From NCBI GenBank assembly GCA_963801355.1, contig CAWDEM010000004.1, positions 138,903 through 202,902 on the forward strand: 64,000 nt of DNA, read 5' to 3'. Below are positions 1 to 9,208 of this stretch, piece after piece. The position numbers and the translations under genes were made by a program. The number at the start of each line of letters is the position of its first letter. The first letter of the stretch is position 1. The DNA comes from Ignavibacteriota bacterium. Lineage in GTDB: Bacteria > Bacteroidota > Ignavibacteria > UBA10030 > UBA6906. The notes under the pieces are model-generated. The model was not told the DNA's origin and ran no database searches. It was given only the letters and a program-made list of their open reading frames with translations.

Positions 1-128
1 GTCTGGCACCCGTTGACAACGGTCTCCGACGCTAGCTGGGAAAGGTTTGAAATGGTGAAGCGCACCACGGAACCGCGGTGCCGGAAGGGGTTGGACACGC
101 TGGACATACCCGGCACGGTATGACCACA

Positions 129-158
129 CCCTCTCTCCCGCAGATCCGGGAGAGAGGG
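129..158. other. Perfect 12-bp stem hairpin (CCCTCTCTCCCG-cagatc-CGGGAGAGAGGG) 16 nt downstream of the stop of the minus-strand gene 174..953; possible terminator, but no U-tract on either strand
   Basis: Inverted repeat read directly in the sequence; no flanking T/A run. Confidence 0.25.
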
Positions 159-173
159 TGGAACAGTGGACAG

Positions 174-953
174 TTACTTCCCCATATCCTTCAAGCCTTT
201 GTTCTCCACTTTCGTATATCCTGCCGGTACTTCGAACTCCGAAGCAGCTACTGACTTCATCTCGATCTTCGTGACTGTGCTTTTCATCATTGTGCCCATC
301 TCAGTCACGATTGGAAACCCGTCGATCTTCATCATCGCTTCGCTGAGTCCCTTGAGACCACTCGGGGTCATCGACGCCATGCGCTTTGTCTGCTCCAACA
401 TGTCCTGCCTCATGGCAGAAAAACCCCTCACGTCCTGTGTCACCCAGAGGGAGACTTCTTCCTTCCCTTCGCGTTTGACACTGTAGCGGGTGCAGGCAAA
501 TCCGCTGATCGATTTCTTTTCGCCGGTCTTTACAACGTCGATTTTGGACTCCTTCTGTGATCCGGCCATCTTCCCGCCGAGCATCTTTTCCATCATTTTC
601 CGCTGCTCCGCGGGCATATTCTTCATCTGTTCCTGCATTTGATCCATCTGGGCATTCATCTTCTTGCCCATCTCTTCGAGTTCGGCAAATGTGCTCACGC
701 TGTACGTCTTGTCTTTGACGTTGACGGTGTAGATCTTCTCCTGGTCAATTCTGATGACGGTGAAATCGCCGTCAGCAGCATTCATTGTCTTGAGTTTCTT
801 CGGCACATAGTATGTCTGCGTCAGTATTTCCTGGCCGTTGGTGACGATTTTGGTCTCCCAGACCATGCTCTGACCGAATGCCGTTGCAGCCAGGAGCACC
901 ATAACGATCCCCGCCACTAGTACCCGCGCGCCACGCTTCATAGGAACCTCCAT
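174..953 (-). CDS. Secreted or periplasmic hypothetical protein, DUF4412-like (N-terminal signal peptide, K/M/E-rich middle); true start may be the internal MKRGARVLV... at 941
   Basis: 259-aa ORF; hydrophobic signal-like N-terminus (VLVAGIVMVLLAATAFGQ); family assignment from memory of Bacteroidota DUF4412 proteins. Confidence 0.6.
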   Translation of the reverse strand: MEVPMKRGARVLVAGIVMVLLAATAFGQSMVWETKIVTNGQEILTQTYYVPKKLKTMNAADGDFTVIRIDQEKIYTVNVKDKTYSVSTFAELEEMGKKMNAQMDQMQEQMKNMPAEQRKMMEKMLGGKMAGSQKESKIDVVKTGEKKSISGFACTRYSVKREGKEEVSLWVTQDVRGFSAMRQDMLEQTKRMASMTPSGLKGLSEAMMKIDGFPIVTEMGTMMKSTVTKIEMKSVAASEFEVPAGYTKVENKGLKDMGK

Positions 954-970
954 TGTAGTAGAAATGCGAG

Positions 971-1864
971 TTACCCCTCGACCGCCAGAGGGCGTGCAAC
1001 AACAATGCCGGTCACGGACTTGCTGCGGCCTACGTATTCCGCAAGCGAGCCTTCGGAAATCGTCACTGCGCCGCCCGAGAGCGGCGCATGAAGGAACTTC
1101 GCCGTCTTATCTTTCCGTATCACCATTCCCGTGTGCGCAATATCCATTCCTTCCTGGGAGGTGACGGTGCCGACGATATCGCCGTCGTGCAACAACCCGG
1201 AAATCGAAGCGATGTGTTTCCGCGGCACGCGGTGCAATGCGGCTCCGGAAAGGTTTGCTTCCGCGACTTTCACCCGGGCCAGGGCCGTATCATCAGCGAG
1301 TTGTGCGTAGCTTGCGCGATGGGCCGACATGAAATTGATCGTCTTGCGGTATGCTTCTCCGTGAAGAGTCATCGTAGAATCCTTGACGATCCCCTTGCGC
1401 TCGTTGTCAGCCATCCAATCGGTGAAGTAATGCAGCCGGCTCGCGTACCCGTCGATGGCGCCGCCGGCATACCGGATGCGCTGCAACTGCGCGGAGAAAT
1501 CCTCAAACGATGTCTTCCCGGAGGAAAGGCAACGGGACATCGCGAGGCAGTTCTCCACGAGGGTGAGACAGTCAAAACCCCGCAGATTGATGACCAGGTG
1601 TTCTTCGCCCGGCTCTTCCAGTGAGTGGGCGACATACGGCGTCCCGATGAAATGGGTTCCGAGTGCCACCATGTTCTTGCCCACCTGCCCATGCAACAGT
1701 CCGGCACCAACTCCCCACCGCATCGTGCGTTCAAGAATTTCCCGGTCGCTTTCGCTACGCCCGTACATACCGGATGGCACACCCGCAATCACCGCAGCGC
1801 CCATTGCGCCCAGCTGTATCAGAAAGTCGCGGCGTCCAACGGAACTCAATGGATTATTGGCCAT
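971..1864 (-). CDS. DUF1460-like protein (N-acetylmuramoyl-L-alanine amidase-like fold) with a Tat-type signal (RRDFLIQLGAMGAAV)
   Basis: ORF trimmed to the in-frame MANNPLSSVGRRDFL... start (ATG at 1862-1864) to avoid overlap with dnaB; motifs GTPY...FDCLTLVENCLA typical of DUF1460 (from memory). Confidence 0.65.
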   Translation of the reverse strand: MANNPLSSVGRRDFLIQLGAMGAAVIAGVPSGMYGRSESDREILERTMRWGVGAGLLHGQVGKNMVALGTHFIGTPYVAHSLEEPGEEHLVINLRGFDCLTLVENCLAMSRCLSSGKTSFEDFSAQLQRIRYAGGAIDGYASRLHYFTDWMADNERKGIVKDSTMTLHGEAYRKTINFMSAHRASYAQLADDTALARVKVAEANLSGAALHRVPRKHIASISGLLHDGDIVGTVTSQEGMDIAHTGMVIRKDKTAKFLHAPLSGGAVTISEGSLAEYVGRSKSVTGIVVARPLAVEG

Positions 1865-1904
1865 GACACACCTCCTCGCGCATTCCTCTTCACAGGGCCG
1901 GGGT

Positions 1905-3344
1905 TCAGAACGGCGGTTCTTCCAGCGCTCCCGCCGGCACAGGCTCAAGGCCGGGGAATGCTGGATTTTCAAATCGTGCGTAGCGGTTGACAAACGTGAG
2001 CTTCACATCGTCGATCGGACCGTTGCGCTGTTTGCCGACGATGATTTCTGCCGTTCCCTGAACCTCCGCCCCGTGTTCGGATTTCGGATCCGTGTACATC
2101 CCGGGACGGTGGACGAACATAACGACGTCGGCATCCTGCTCGATGGCCCCCGATTCGCGAAGATCTGAAAGAATCGGCCGTTTATCGGTGCGGCCTTCAA
2201 CCGCCCGGCTCAGCTGTGACAACGCAATGATGGGGATACTCAGTTCCTTGGCCAGAGCCTTGAGTGATCTGGATATCGCGGATATTTCCTTCTCCCGGTT
2301 CTCAGCCGACCTGGGCCCCTGCATGAGCTGCAGGTAATCTACGATAATCAATCCGGCATTATGCTCGGCTTTCAGGCGGCGTGCTTTGGCCCGGAGTTCC
2401 AGGATACCGAGACTTGCGCTGTCATCAATGAATATCTGCGCTTTCGCCAGCCGGCCGGCAGCGAGGCTCAGGCGGGTCCATTTCTCATCCGGCAACTGTC
2501 CGGTACGCACCGCGTGCGCATCAACGCGCGCCTCGGCACAAAGCAGTCGCATGATCAGCTGCCGCGTTGACATTTCCAGCGAGAAGATACCGACCGGGGT
2601 CGGCCTCCCTTTGTGCTGTGAAGCGTTGGCGGCAAGCGACAGCGCAAATGCCGTTTTCCCAGAGCTTGGCCGCCCGGCTACAATGATCAAATCGGAATTT
2701 TGCCATCCACCGGTGAGTGCATCGAGATCGCGGAAGCCGCTCGGGACGCCGGTCACTCCTTCATGCTTGCCGTGGATGCTTTCCAGCATTTCCAGTGTGG
2801 TATGGAGTTCGCGCTCCATGGAGATGAAGCTCTTCTTGAGGCGCCATTCGGATATCTTGAAAATCGCCTGTTCGGCTTCATCGAGGAGATCGAAGGCATC
2901 TTCGGTGGGACTGAAGGCGCGCGCGGCGACGCGGGAACTTTCGCCGATGAGTCGCCGGAGGATGGCTTTTTCAAGCACAATGCGCGCATGGTACTCCACG
3001 TTCGCCGATGACGTGACCTTGAGCGTGAGCTCGACAATATATGACTGTCCCCCGGCGGCATCCAGGTGTCCACGGCGACGAAGTTCCTCTGCAACGGTGA
3101 TGCTGTCAGCCGGCTCCCCCCGTTCAAAGAGGCCGCAGATCGCCTGAAAGATTTTTCTGTTCCGCTCGGCGTAGAATGCCTCGTCATCCAGCACTTCGAG
3201 AGCTTTGGAAATCGCTTCCTTCTCCAGAAGCATGGCGCCGATAATCTGCTCCTCGATGTCCACCGCCTGCGGTGGAACGCGCCCTTCCTGGATCTGACGC
3301 TCGGTCGCGAGGTCAATATTGCCGCGATGCGGTACTTCCGGCAT
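1905..3344 (-). CDS. dnaB: Replicative DNA helicase DnaB
   Basis: 479 aa; DnaB N-terminal domain plus RecA-like core (GRPSSGKTAFALSLA Walker A, IIVDYLQLM Walker B). Confidence 0.95.
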   Translation of the reverse strand: MPEVPHRGNIDLATERQIQEGRVPPQAVDIEEQIIGAMLLEKEAISKALEVLDDEAFYAERNRKIFQAICGLFERGEPADSITVAEELRRRGHLDAAGGQSYIVELTLKVTSSANVEYHARIVLEKAILRRLIGESSRVAARAFSPTEDAFDLLDEAEQAIFKISEWRLKKSFISMERELHTTLEMLESIHGKHEGVTGVPSGFRDLDALTGGWQNSDLIIVAGRPSSGKTAFALSLAANASQHKGRPTPVGIFSLEMSTRQLIMRLLCAEARVDAHAVRTGQLPDEKWTRLSLAAGRLAKAQIFIDDSASLGILELRAKARRLKAEHNAGLIIVDYLQLMQGPRSAENREKEISAISRSLKALAKELSIPIIALSQLSRAVEGRTDKRPILSDLRESGAIEQDADVVMFVHRPGMYTDPKSEHGAEVQGTAEIIVGKQRNGPIDDVKLTFVNRYARFENPAFPGLEPVPAGALEEPPF

Positions 3345-3361
3345 GGCCGCACATCCTTCCG

Positions 3362-4252
3362 TTATCGTGCAAGCAGTTCGGCGTGCAGTTTCTGAATCGC
3401 CTGGAAATCCTCCCAGGTCGGCGTCTTCCAGTTGGGGTTCCGCAGCAGTGCCGCAGGATGATAGGTGACCCGCAACGGGATCCCTTCAAACAGCAACGTC
3501 CGGCCGCGCAACCTCGTCAGACTGTCATTGATGTGCAGGAGATTTTGCGCAGCCGTCAATCCAAGACAGACAATGAGCTTCGGCTTGATCAGGGCGATCT
3601 GTTTTTTCAGATACGGGATGCACGACTCCACTTCTTCGGGCAACGGCGTTCTGTTGTTCGGCGGCCGGCATTTCAGAATGTTACAGATATACACATCCTC
3701 ACGCTTCATGGCGATAGCAGCGAGTATCTTGTTCAGGAGCTGCCCGGCACGCCCGACAAACGGTTCTCCCTGTGCATCTTCATCCGCTCCCGGGGCTTCA
3801 CCTACAAACATGAGTGTGGCATGGGGATTCCCCACGCCGAATACGAAGCGTGTGCGGGTGTGTCCGAGTGCACACTTGAGGCACCCGGAAATTTGTTCGT
3901 TCAGGCGCGCGAGGTCTTCCGTCGGCATCCACTCCTCGTGGACCGGCGCCGGTTGCGGTACCGGCGGGAGCTCGAAGAGCATCATGTCGCCGGGGTCGTC
4001 AGGCTGCGTCCTTGTTCGGGCGTTTGATGATCCTGAGGTTGTGCGTGGTGTCGGCATGGCGGTGTGTGTGGTATTCTGCGGTGATGGGGATGTGCCGTCA
4101 AGCAGCAGAGAATCCCCGAACACTTCACGATCCGATTCCAGAAAGTGCCGCAGGGATGTCCAGAAGTCATTCATATGCTTGGCATGTGCTCGGCATGTGC
4201 GCGGCATCTGCATGGCATCCGCCTGGCTGCAGAACCAGCCGGCGGCACGCAT
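3362..4252 (-). CDS. Family-4 uracil-DNA glycosylase (4Fe-4S) with a long S/T/P-rich N-terminal extension; start is translationally coupled to the coaBC stop (TGATG). Alternative internal starts near 3985 or 3928
   Basis: Motifs CLKCALGHTRTRFVFGVGNPHATLMFVGEAPGADED, FVGRAGQLL and YICNILKCRPP typical of UdgA-type UDG. Confidence 0.8.
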   Translation of the reverse strand: MRAAGWFCSQADAMQMPRTCRAHAKHMNDFWTSLRHFLESDREVFGDSLLLDGTSPSPQNTTHTAMPTPRTTSGSSNARTRTQPDDPGDMMLFELPPVPQPAPVHEEWMPTEDLARLNEQISGCLKCALGHTRTRFVFGVGNPHATLMFVGEAPGADEDAQGEPFVGRAGQLLNKILAAIAMKREDVYICNILKCRPPNNRTPLPEEVESCIPYLKKQIALIKPKLIVCLGLTAAQNLLHINDSLTRLRGRTLLFEGIPLRVTYHPAALLRNPNWKTPTWEDFQAIQKLHAELLAR

Positions 4253-5475
4253 CACCCGGCACCGGCAACGAGACGTGCGATACGGTCAAGGATGTCGTCC
4301 GCAACGTCGGTTTTCGGCTTGCGGGGAAGCTGTTCGGCTGTTCCATCGGGTGCAATGATCGTCACGACATTGGTGTCCGCACCGAAACCCGCACCGTCGA
4401 CGGTCGGATTGTTCATGACCACGAGGTCCAGCCCCTTGCGGGTGAGCTTCTCCCGGGCATTCGCCAGCTCATCCTCGGTTTCGAGTGCAAACCCGACCAG
4501 AATCTGCCGCGTCTTCCGTTCGCCCACAGCGCGCAGTATATCGGGGTTCTTCACGCAGGCAATGGTCCAGCTGTCACCCGCAACTTTTTCACGTTTAATC
4601 TTCGCCGGCGAGGGTGTTGCGGGGGTAAAATCCGCAACCGCGGCGGCCATGATCAGTACATCCGTGCCGTCAAATTCTTTCATAACGGCTTCGTGCATTT
4701 CGCGTGCGGTCATCACATCGATCCGATGAACACCCGCCGGTGTGGGAAGATGCACGGGGCCTGACACGAGCGTGACCACCGCGCCACGGCGGGCCGCCGC
4801 CGCCGCGAGTGCAAATCCCATCTTGCCCGATGATCGGTTCCCCAGAAAGCGGACCGGATCGATCGGTTCATAGGTCGGCCCCGCCGTCACAAGGATGCGC
4901 CGGCCGGGGAGATCCTTCCGGGTTCCTGCAAGCACGCGCGACACACTTTCCGCGATCACCGACGGATCCGGGAGCCGGCCCGGACCGACGAGTCCGCTGG
5001 CAAGCTCTCCGCTCTCGGGTTCAATGATGCCGACGCCCCGCTCCCGCAAGCGTGCAATGTTCTGCTGTGTCACCGGGTTGGCGTACATATCCCCATCCAT
5101 CGATGGGGCCACAAGAAGCGGACAACGAAGAGCAAGCACAAGCGATGTGAGAAAATTGTCCGCCATGCCGCACACGATCTTGGCAATGGTGTTGGCCGTT
5201 GCCGGCGCAATCACCATCAGATCGCCCCATACCGCCAGCTCGATGTGTCTCGTCCATTGCTCGGCGGGCTGTTCGGCGGACGGGAACATGTCGAGGATTA
5301 CTTCCCGGCGCGAAAGAGTCGCCAGCGTCAACGGCGTCACAAAATGCGTTGCTGCTGGCGTCATGACCACCTGCACGGTGGCCCCTGCCCGCACCAACTC
5401 ACGCACAAGCAGAGGGCTCTTGTAAGCAGCAATGCCCCCGGTAACCCCCACGATGATATGTTTGCCTTCGAGCAT
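4252..5475 (-). CDS. coaBC: Bifunctional phosphopantothenoylcysteine decarboxylase / phosphopantothenate-cysteine ligase
   Basis: Flavoprotein N-domain (MLEGKHIIVGVTGGIAAYK) plus DFP C-domain; start set at MLEGKH (ATG 5473-5475) to avoid overlap with rpoZ. Confidence 0.9.
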   Translation of the reverse strand: MLEGKHIIVGVTGGIAAYKSPLLVRELVRAGATVQVVMTPAATHFVTPLTLATLSRREVILDMFPSAEQPAEQWTRHIELAVWGDLMVIAPATANTIAKIVCGMADNFLTSLVLALRCPLLVAPSMDGDMYANPVTQQNIARLRERGVGIIEPESGELASGLVGPGRLPDPSVIAESVSRVLAGTRKDLPGRRILVTAGPTYEPIDPVRFLGNRSSGKMGFALAAAAARRGAVVTLVSGPVHLPTPAGVHRIDVMTAREMHEAVMKEFDGTDVLIMAAAVADFTPATPSPAKIKREKVAGDSWTIACVKNPDILRAVGERKTRQILVGFALETEDELANAREKLTRKGLDLVVMNNPTVDGAGFGADTNVVTIIAPDGTAEQLPRKPKTDVADDILDRIARLVAGAG

Positions 5476-5488
5476 CGGCCAGCCCGAA

Positions 5489-5839
5489 TCAGGCCTCCTC
5501 GGTCTCTTCCGCCGCCGGCTCTTCATCCACGAGCTTCGGCAATTCCTCTTTTTCACGGTACCGCCAGCTCAGCTTGTCGGTGATGAGCTCTTCCAGCGCA
5601 CTGTCGGTGGGTTTCGTGCGCTTCTCAAACTCAAGGCTGATCTTCAATTGATCGGGGTTGATATCGTTCTCCTCCCCTTCACCTTCAGTTTTCACCGTGA
5701 TCATTTCCACCCGCTGGTTGAATTCGATCTTCAGCTCTTCGTTGATCTGGCGGGCACGGCGTGAAGCGGCCACGATACATTCGTGGACATTCTTGTCGGG
5801 CCTGTTGAAGAACTCGAGATCAATTGGTTTGAGAGGCAT
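5489..5839 (-). CDS. rpoZ: DNA-directed RNA polymerase subunit omega
   Basis: 116 aa from the internal ATG (5837-5839); MPLKPIDLEFFNRPDKNVHECIVAASRRARQINEE matches the RpoZ N-terminus; acidic tail. Confidence 0.8.
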   Translation of the reverse strand: MPLKPIDLEFFNRPDKNVHECIVAASRRARQINEELKIEFNQRVEMITVKTEGEGEENDINPDQLKISLEFEKRTKPTDSALEELITDKLSWRYREKEELPKLVDEEPAAEETEEA

Positions 5840-6446
5840 GGTTGTCGCTCCGTGATGACTGCTGTAAATGATGTTCCACAATTTCCTGGACTTCGGCAGT
5901 GGCCCGTTCCAATGTGTCGTTGACCACCACCCAATCAAAATGCTGCGCCTGGGCCAGTTCCATCGGCACGCGTTCCAGCCGGCGTGCCAGCGTTTTCGCA
6001 TCCTCCGTCAGCCGTGCGCGCAACCGCTCTTCGAGCACTGCCTGCGACGGCGGGTTGATGAAGATCAACAACGCCACGGGGTACTTGCGCTTAATCGACA
6101 GCGCCCCCTTGACGTCGACATCAAACAGGAGGTGCTTTCCCTGCTTCATCGCCGCATCCACCTCACATTGCAGCGTGCCATAATAGTTACCGTAGATCTC
6201 TTCCCACTCGACAAACTCCCCTGCCGCCACACGCGCGCGGAACTGGTCCGGAGTGAGAAAGAAATAGTCTCTTCCGTCACGTTCGCCGGTCCGCATCGGC
6301 CGGGTCGTGGCCGAGACGGAAAACCGCAGAACCGGACACCGGCGCAATATCTCCCGGGCAATCGATGTCTTCCCTGCACCACTCGGTGCGGAGATCACCA
6401 CGATTTTCCCGGCGCCTGACACGCCGCCTGTTGCACAGGGCGGCAT
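5820..6446 (-). CDS. gmk: Guanylate kinase
   Basis: P-loop SAPSGAGKTS, conserved guanylate-kinase core; gmk-rpoZ-coaBC gene order. Confidence 0.9.
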   Translation of the reverse strand: MPPCATGGVSGAGKIVVISAPSGAGKTSIAREILRRCPVLRFSVSATTRPMRTGERDGRDYFFLTPDQFRARVAAGEFVEWEEIYGNYYGTLQCEVDAAMKQGKHLLFDVDVKGALSIKRKYPVALLIFINPPSQAVLEERLRARLTEDAKTLARRLERVPMELAQAQHFDWVVVNDTLERATAEVQEIVEHHLQQSSRSDNHASQTN

Positions 6447-6449
6447 ATG

Positions 6450-7328
6450 TCACTCGACATTCTGCAGTTGCTCGCGGATCTTCTCCAGCTCTTCCTTCAT
6501 GCCCACGACGATGTGGGAGATTTCCTGGCCGCTGGATTTTGACCCGATGGTGTTGACCTCACGGTTCATTTCCTGCACGAGGAAATTCAGGCGGCGCCCG
6601 GCCGCTTCTTTTCCCCCCAACGCCTCGAGAAAGAACTTATTGTGACTCCGGAACCGTACGCACTCCTCGGTGACATCCAACCGATCCGCCAGCAGCGCAA
6701 TTTCCAGCTCAAGCCTGTTTTCGTCGATCCGCTCCACTTCAATAAGCTGTTTGATCCGTTCGCGTAGCCTTTCCCGCTCCAGCGGAACCTGTCCGCGAGA
6801 GAGTGCTTCGACTTCATCCAGGCGCCGGGAGAGCACACCGATGCGCGAACGGAAATCAACCTCCAGCTCGCCGCCTTCCTGGGTTCGCATCTGCTGGAAT
6901 CCCAGCAGGGCCGACTCCAGTGCACGCCGGGTGACTTCCCACTCGGCCTCGTCCGCCGATGCACCGACCTCCTGCTCCAGGATATCTGAAAACTGAAGCA
7001 GGTGCTCCAGCTTGATCGTTTCACGCAACCGGAGCGCCTTCTTTAAATCCGACAGCAAGCGGTAATACGTGCGTGCCGTTGACGGATTGATCCGTAGTGC
7101 AGTAGATTCACCGTTGTTCCGCTCGATCGACACCACAATGCTGATTTTGCCGCGCACGACATGCCGGCGGATAATCTCCTTAATCTCCCCTTCGCGGAGA
7201 TTCAGTGTGCGGGGCAGCCGCGAAGATACCTCAAGAAACCGGCTGTTGACTCCTCTGACTTCGACGGTCGCGGTGAGGCCATCCGTGGTTACCTCGCCCC
7301 GGCCGAACCCGGTCATACTTGTTACCAT
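6450..7328 (-). CDS. yicC: YicC-family stress-induced protein
   Basis: N-terminal MVTSMTGFGRGEV and C-terminal YicC/DUF1732 region. Confidence 0.85.
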   Translation of the reverse strand: MVTSMTGFGRGEVTTDGLTATVEVRGVNSRFLEVSSRLPRTLNLREGEIKEIIRRHVVRGKISIVVSIERNNGESTALRINPSTARTYYRLLSDLKKALRLRETIKLEHLLQFSDILEQEVGASADEAEWEVTRRALESALLGFQQMRTQEGGELEVDFRSRIGVLSRRLDEVEALSRGQVPLERERLRERIKQLIEVERIDENRLELEIALLADRLDVTEECVRFRSHNKFFLEALGGKEAAGRRLNFLVQEMNREVNTIGSKSSGQEISHIVVGMKEELEKIREQLQNVE

Positions 7329-7418
7329 CGGTGCAACCGCAATTTGTGCATAAGGAATTAAATTTACATAAAATCGCCGGCAGCTGCAACCTCTAATTCT
7401 GCACCAAAAAGTCTATGA

Positions 7419-7491
7419 TTATCCACACTATATCCACAAGAAACTGCGAAAACATTGGGAAAATGCCCCTAATTCGCTATATTGTGGATAA
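7419..7491. promoter_or_regulatory. Cluster of three DnaA-box 9-mers in the yicC / NFACT divergent intergenic region: TTATCCACA 7419-7427, ATATCCACA 7430-7438, TGTGGATAA 7483-7491
   Basis: Two perfect consensus boxes plus one 8/9 box within 75 bp, read directly from the sequence; the last box ends 4 nt before the start codon at 7495. Confidence 0.5.
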
Positions 7492-7494
7492 CAT

Positions 7495-9156
7495 ATGCAC
7501 TCGGCCTACCATACGCTCCGGGCCGTGGCCCTAGATCTCTCCAAACGCCTCCCCGGACAGAGCATTAAACAGATCTATTCTCAGGATAGGGATGAGGTAA
7601 TATTCGGATTCGGGGGCCTTGCGGGGCATCTCGTGGTCTCGTGCCGCCCGGATCTGCCCTGTTGTTACCTCCACAGCGCTGTCCAGCGCGCGAAGAAGAA
7701 TTCCGCGGATGTGCTTGCGCTTGCCGCCGGTCACACGATTCACAACGTCACCATCCATCCTTCCGACCGCGTGCTGACGTTCCATCTGTCCGCAGGATTT
7801 GCCCTCACCATTCAGCTCTTCGGCGCGCGATCCAATGTCATGCTGACCTCCCCGGATGCCAGGATTGCCGACGCCTTCAAGCGCTCCAGGGAACTCACCG
7901 GCCACACGCCGGCGCTTTCTGCGCCCGGCGTTATGCTTTCGCCTGAAGGGCTGGTGGCCGCCGTGCGGAGCCTTACGCAGAGTACGCTGGGTGCTGCGGT
8001 CAAGAAGTTCGCTCCCCAATTTCCGGTCATTGTCATCCTGGAACTTCTTCACCGTGCGGGGCTGGCATCTGAAATGCCGGTTGCGCTGATGCCGGTCGAT
8101 TCCCTCCCGGCACTGACGAGGGCAATCTCCTCGGTCAATGCCGAGCTGGCAGCCCCCCGGCCCCGTATCTATTCACGGGACGATGGAACTCCATCCCACT
8201 TCTCGATCATTCCTCTTACCGCACTTGCCGGGCAACGGGAAGAATGCTTTGAAGATATCCACAAGGCGCTCCAGTCATTCATCGCATGGAAGAAATCGGC
8301 GGACAATGTCGCCTTGGAGCGACGCGCTCTCGAACTCCGCATACGCGCCACACATGACCGTGCACGGCGGATCGTCCAGGCAATTGATGCTGATCTTGCC
8401 GCCGGTGACCGCGCGGAACAATACCAGCGGTACGGTTCGTTGATACTGCAGCATCTGCCGGACATTGCACGGGGCTCGGACCATGCCGAGCTTGCAGGGC
8501 CCGACGGAGAGGTCCGTGTTCCCCTTGTGCCGACCGCAACGCCGTCGGAGAATGCACAACGCTACTTTGAGAAAGCAAAGACGAGCAAGCGCGCGCGTCA
8601 GCTTGCCGGCCGCCGCCGCTCCATCTACAGCACCCGCATGGAGCGCAGCGCAACATTGCTTGGCGAACTCGAGCATGTTTCCACACGACAGGACTTGAAA
8701 GCCTATATGGAACGCCACCACGACGATCTGCACGATCCCCGGGAACAGAGCCCCGCCGACGATCAGGATCGGCCGCTCTTCAGAGTGTTTGTTGTCGAAG
8801 GAGGATTCGAAGTATGGGCGGGGAGGAGCAGCGCCAACAACGATCTGCTGACCCTCCGGCATGCAAAGCCGCAAGACTATTGGTTTCACGCACGCGGTGC
8901 ATCCGGTTCCCATGTGATACTCCGCGTGGCTTCCGGCCGCGGTGAACCCGGCAAACGGGCCATTTGCCAGGCGGCATCCATCGCCGCGTACTATAGCAAA
9001 ATGCGCACCGCAGCGATGGTCCCGGTGGCGGTGACGCGACGCAAGTATGTCCATAAGCCGAAAGGAGCAGCGGCAGGAAGTGTCGTGCTCCAGCGCGAAG
9101 ATGTACTGATGGTTGAACCCCACTTGCCGTACCCCAGTGAGGATGCCGATGAGTAA
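7495..9156 (+). CDS. NFACT-family protein (FbpA / RqcH-like; NFACT-N plus DUF814 / NFACT-R)
   Basis: 553 aa; C-terminal DUF814-like segment (FRVFVVEGGFEVWAGRSSANNDLLT...WFHARGASGSHVIL). Confidence 0.8.
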   Translation: MHSAYHTLRAVALDLSKRLPGQSIKQIYSQDRDEVIFGFGGLAGHLVVSCRPDLPCCYLHSAVQRAKKNSADVLALAAGHTIHNVTIHPSDRVLTFHLSAGFALTIQLFGARSNVMLTSPDARIADAFKRSRELTGHTPALSAPGVMLSPEGLVAAVRSLTQSTLGAAVKKFAPQFPVIVILELLHRAGLASEMPVALMPVDSLPALTRAISSVNAELAAPRPRIYSRDDGTPSHFSIIPLTALAGQREECFEDIHKALQSFIAWKKSADNVALERRALELRIRATHDRARRIVQAIDADLAAGDRAEQYQRYGSLILQHLPDIARGSDHAELAGPDGEVRVPLVPTATPSENAQRYFEKAKTSKRARQLAGRRRSIYSTRMERSATLLGELEHVSTRQDLKAYMERHHDDLHDPREQSPADDQDRPLFRVFVVEGGFEVWAGRSSANNDLLTLRHAKPQDYWFHARGASGSHVILRVASGRGEPGKRAICQAASIAAYYSKMRTAAMVPVAVTRRKYVHKPKGAAAGSVVLQREDVLMVEPHLPYPSEDADE

Positions 9157-9208
9157 ACGATCCGCTGTAAGGAATCTCGACCCGCGAAGGAGTCTTGACC
9201 CGCGATTG

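Noticed and set aside
129-158. Rho-independent terminator for gene 174-953
   Set aside because: It is a strong GC hairpin, but no U-tract follows on either strand; it is kept only as a low-confidence structural feature.
166-486. 106-aa plus-strand ORF
   Set aside because: Antisense to the better-supported signal-peptide-bearing ORF 174-953.
9113-9208. Longer N-terminus for the PLP enzyme (start 9113 or 9149)
   Set aside because: 9113 would overlap the NFACT gene by 44 nt. Homologs begin near MSVATRAIHG. It is kept as an alternative because it cannot be excluded.
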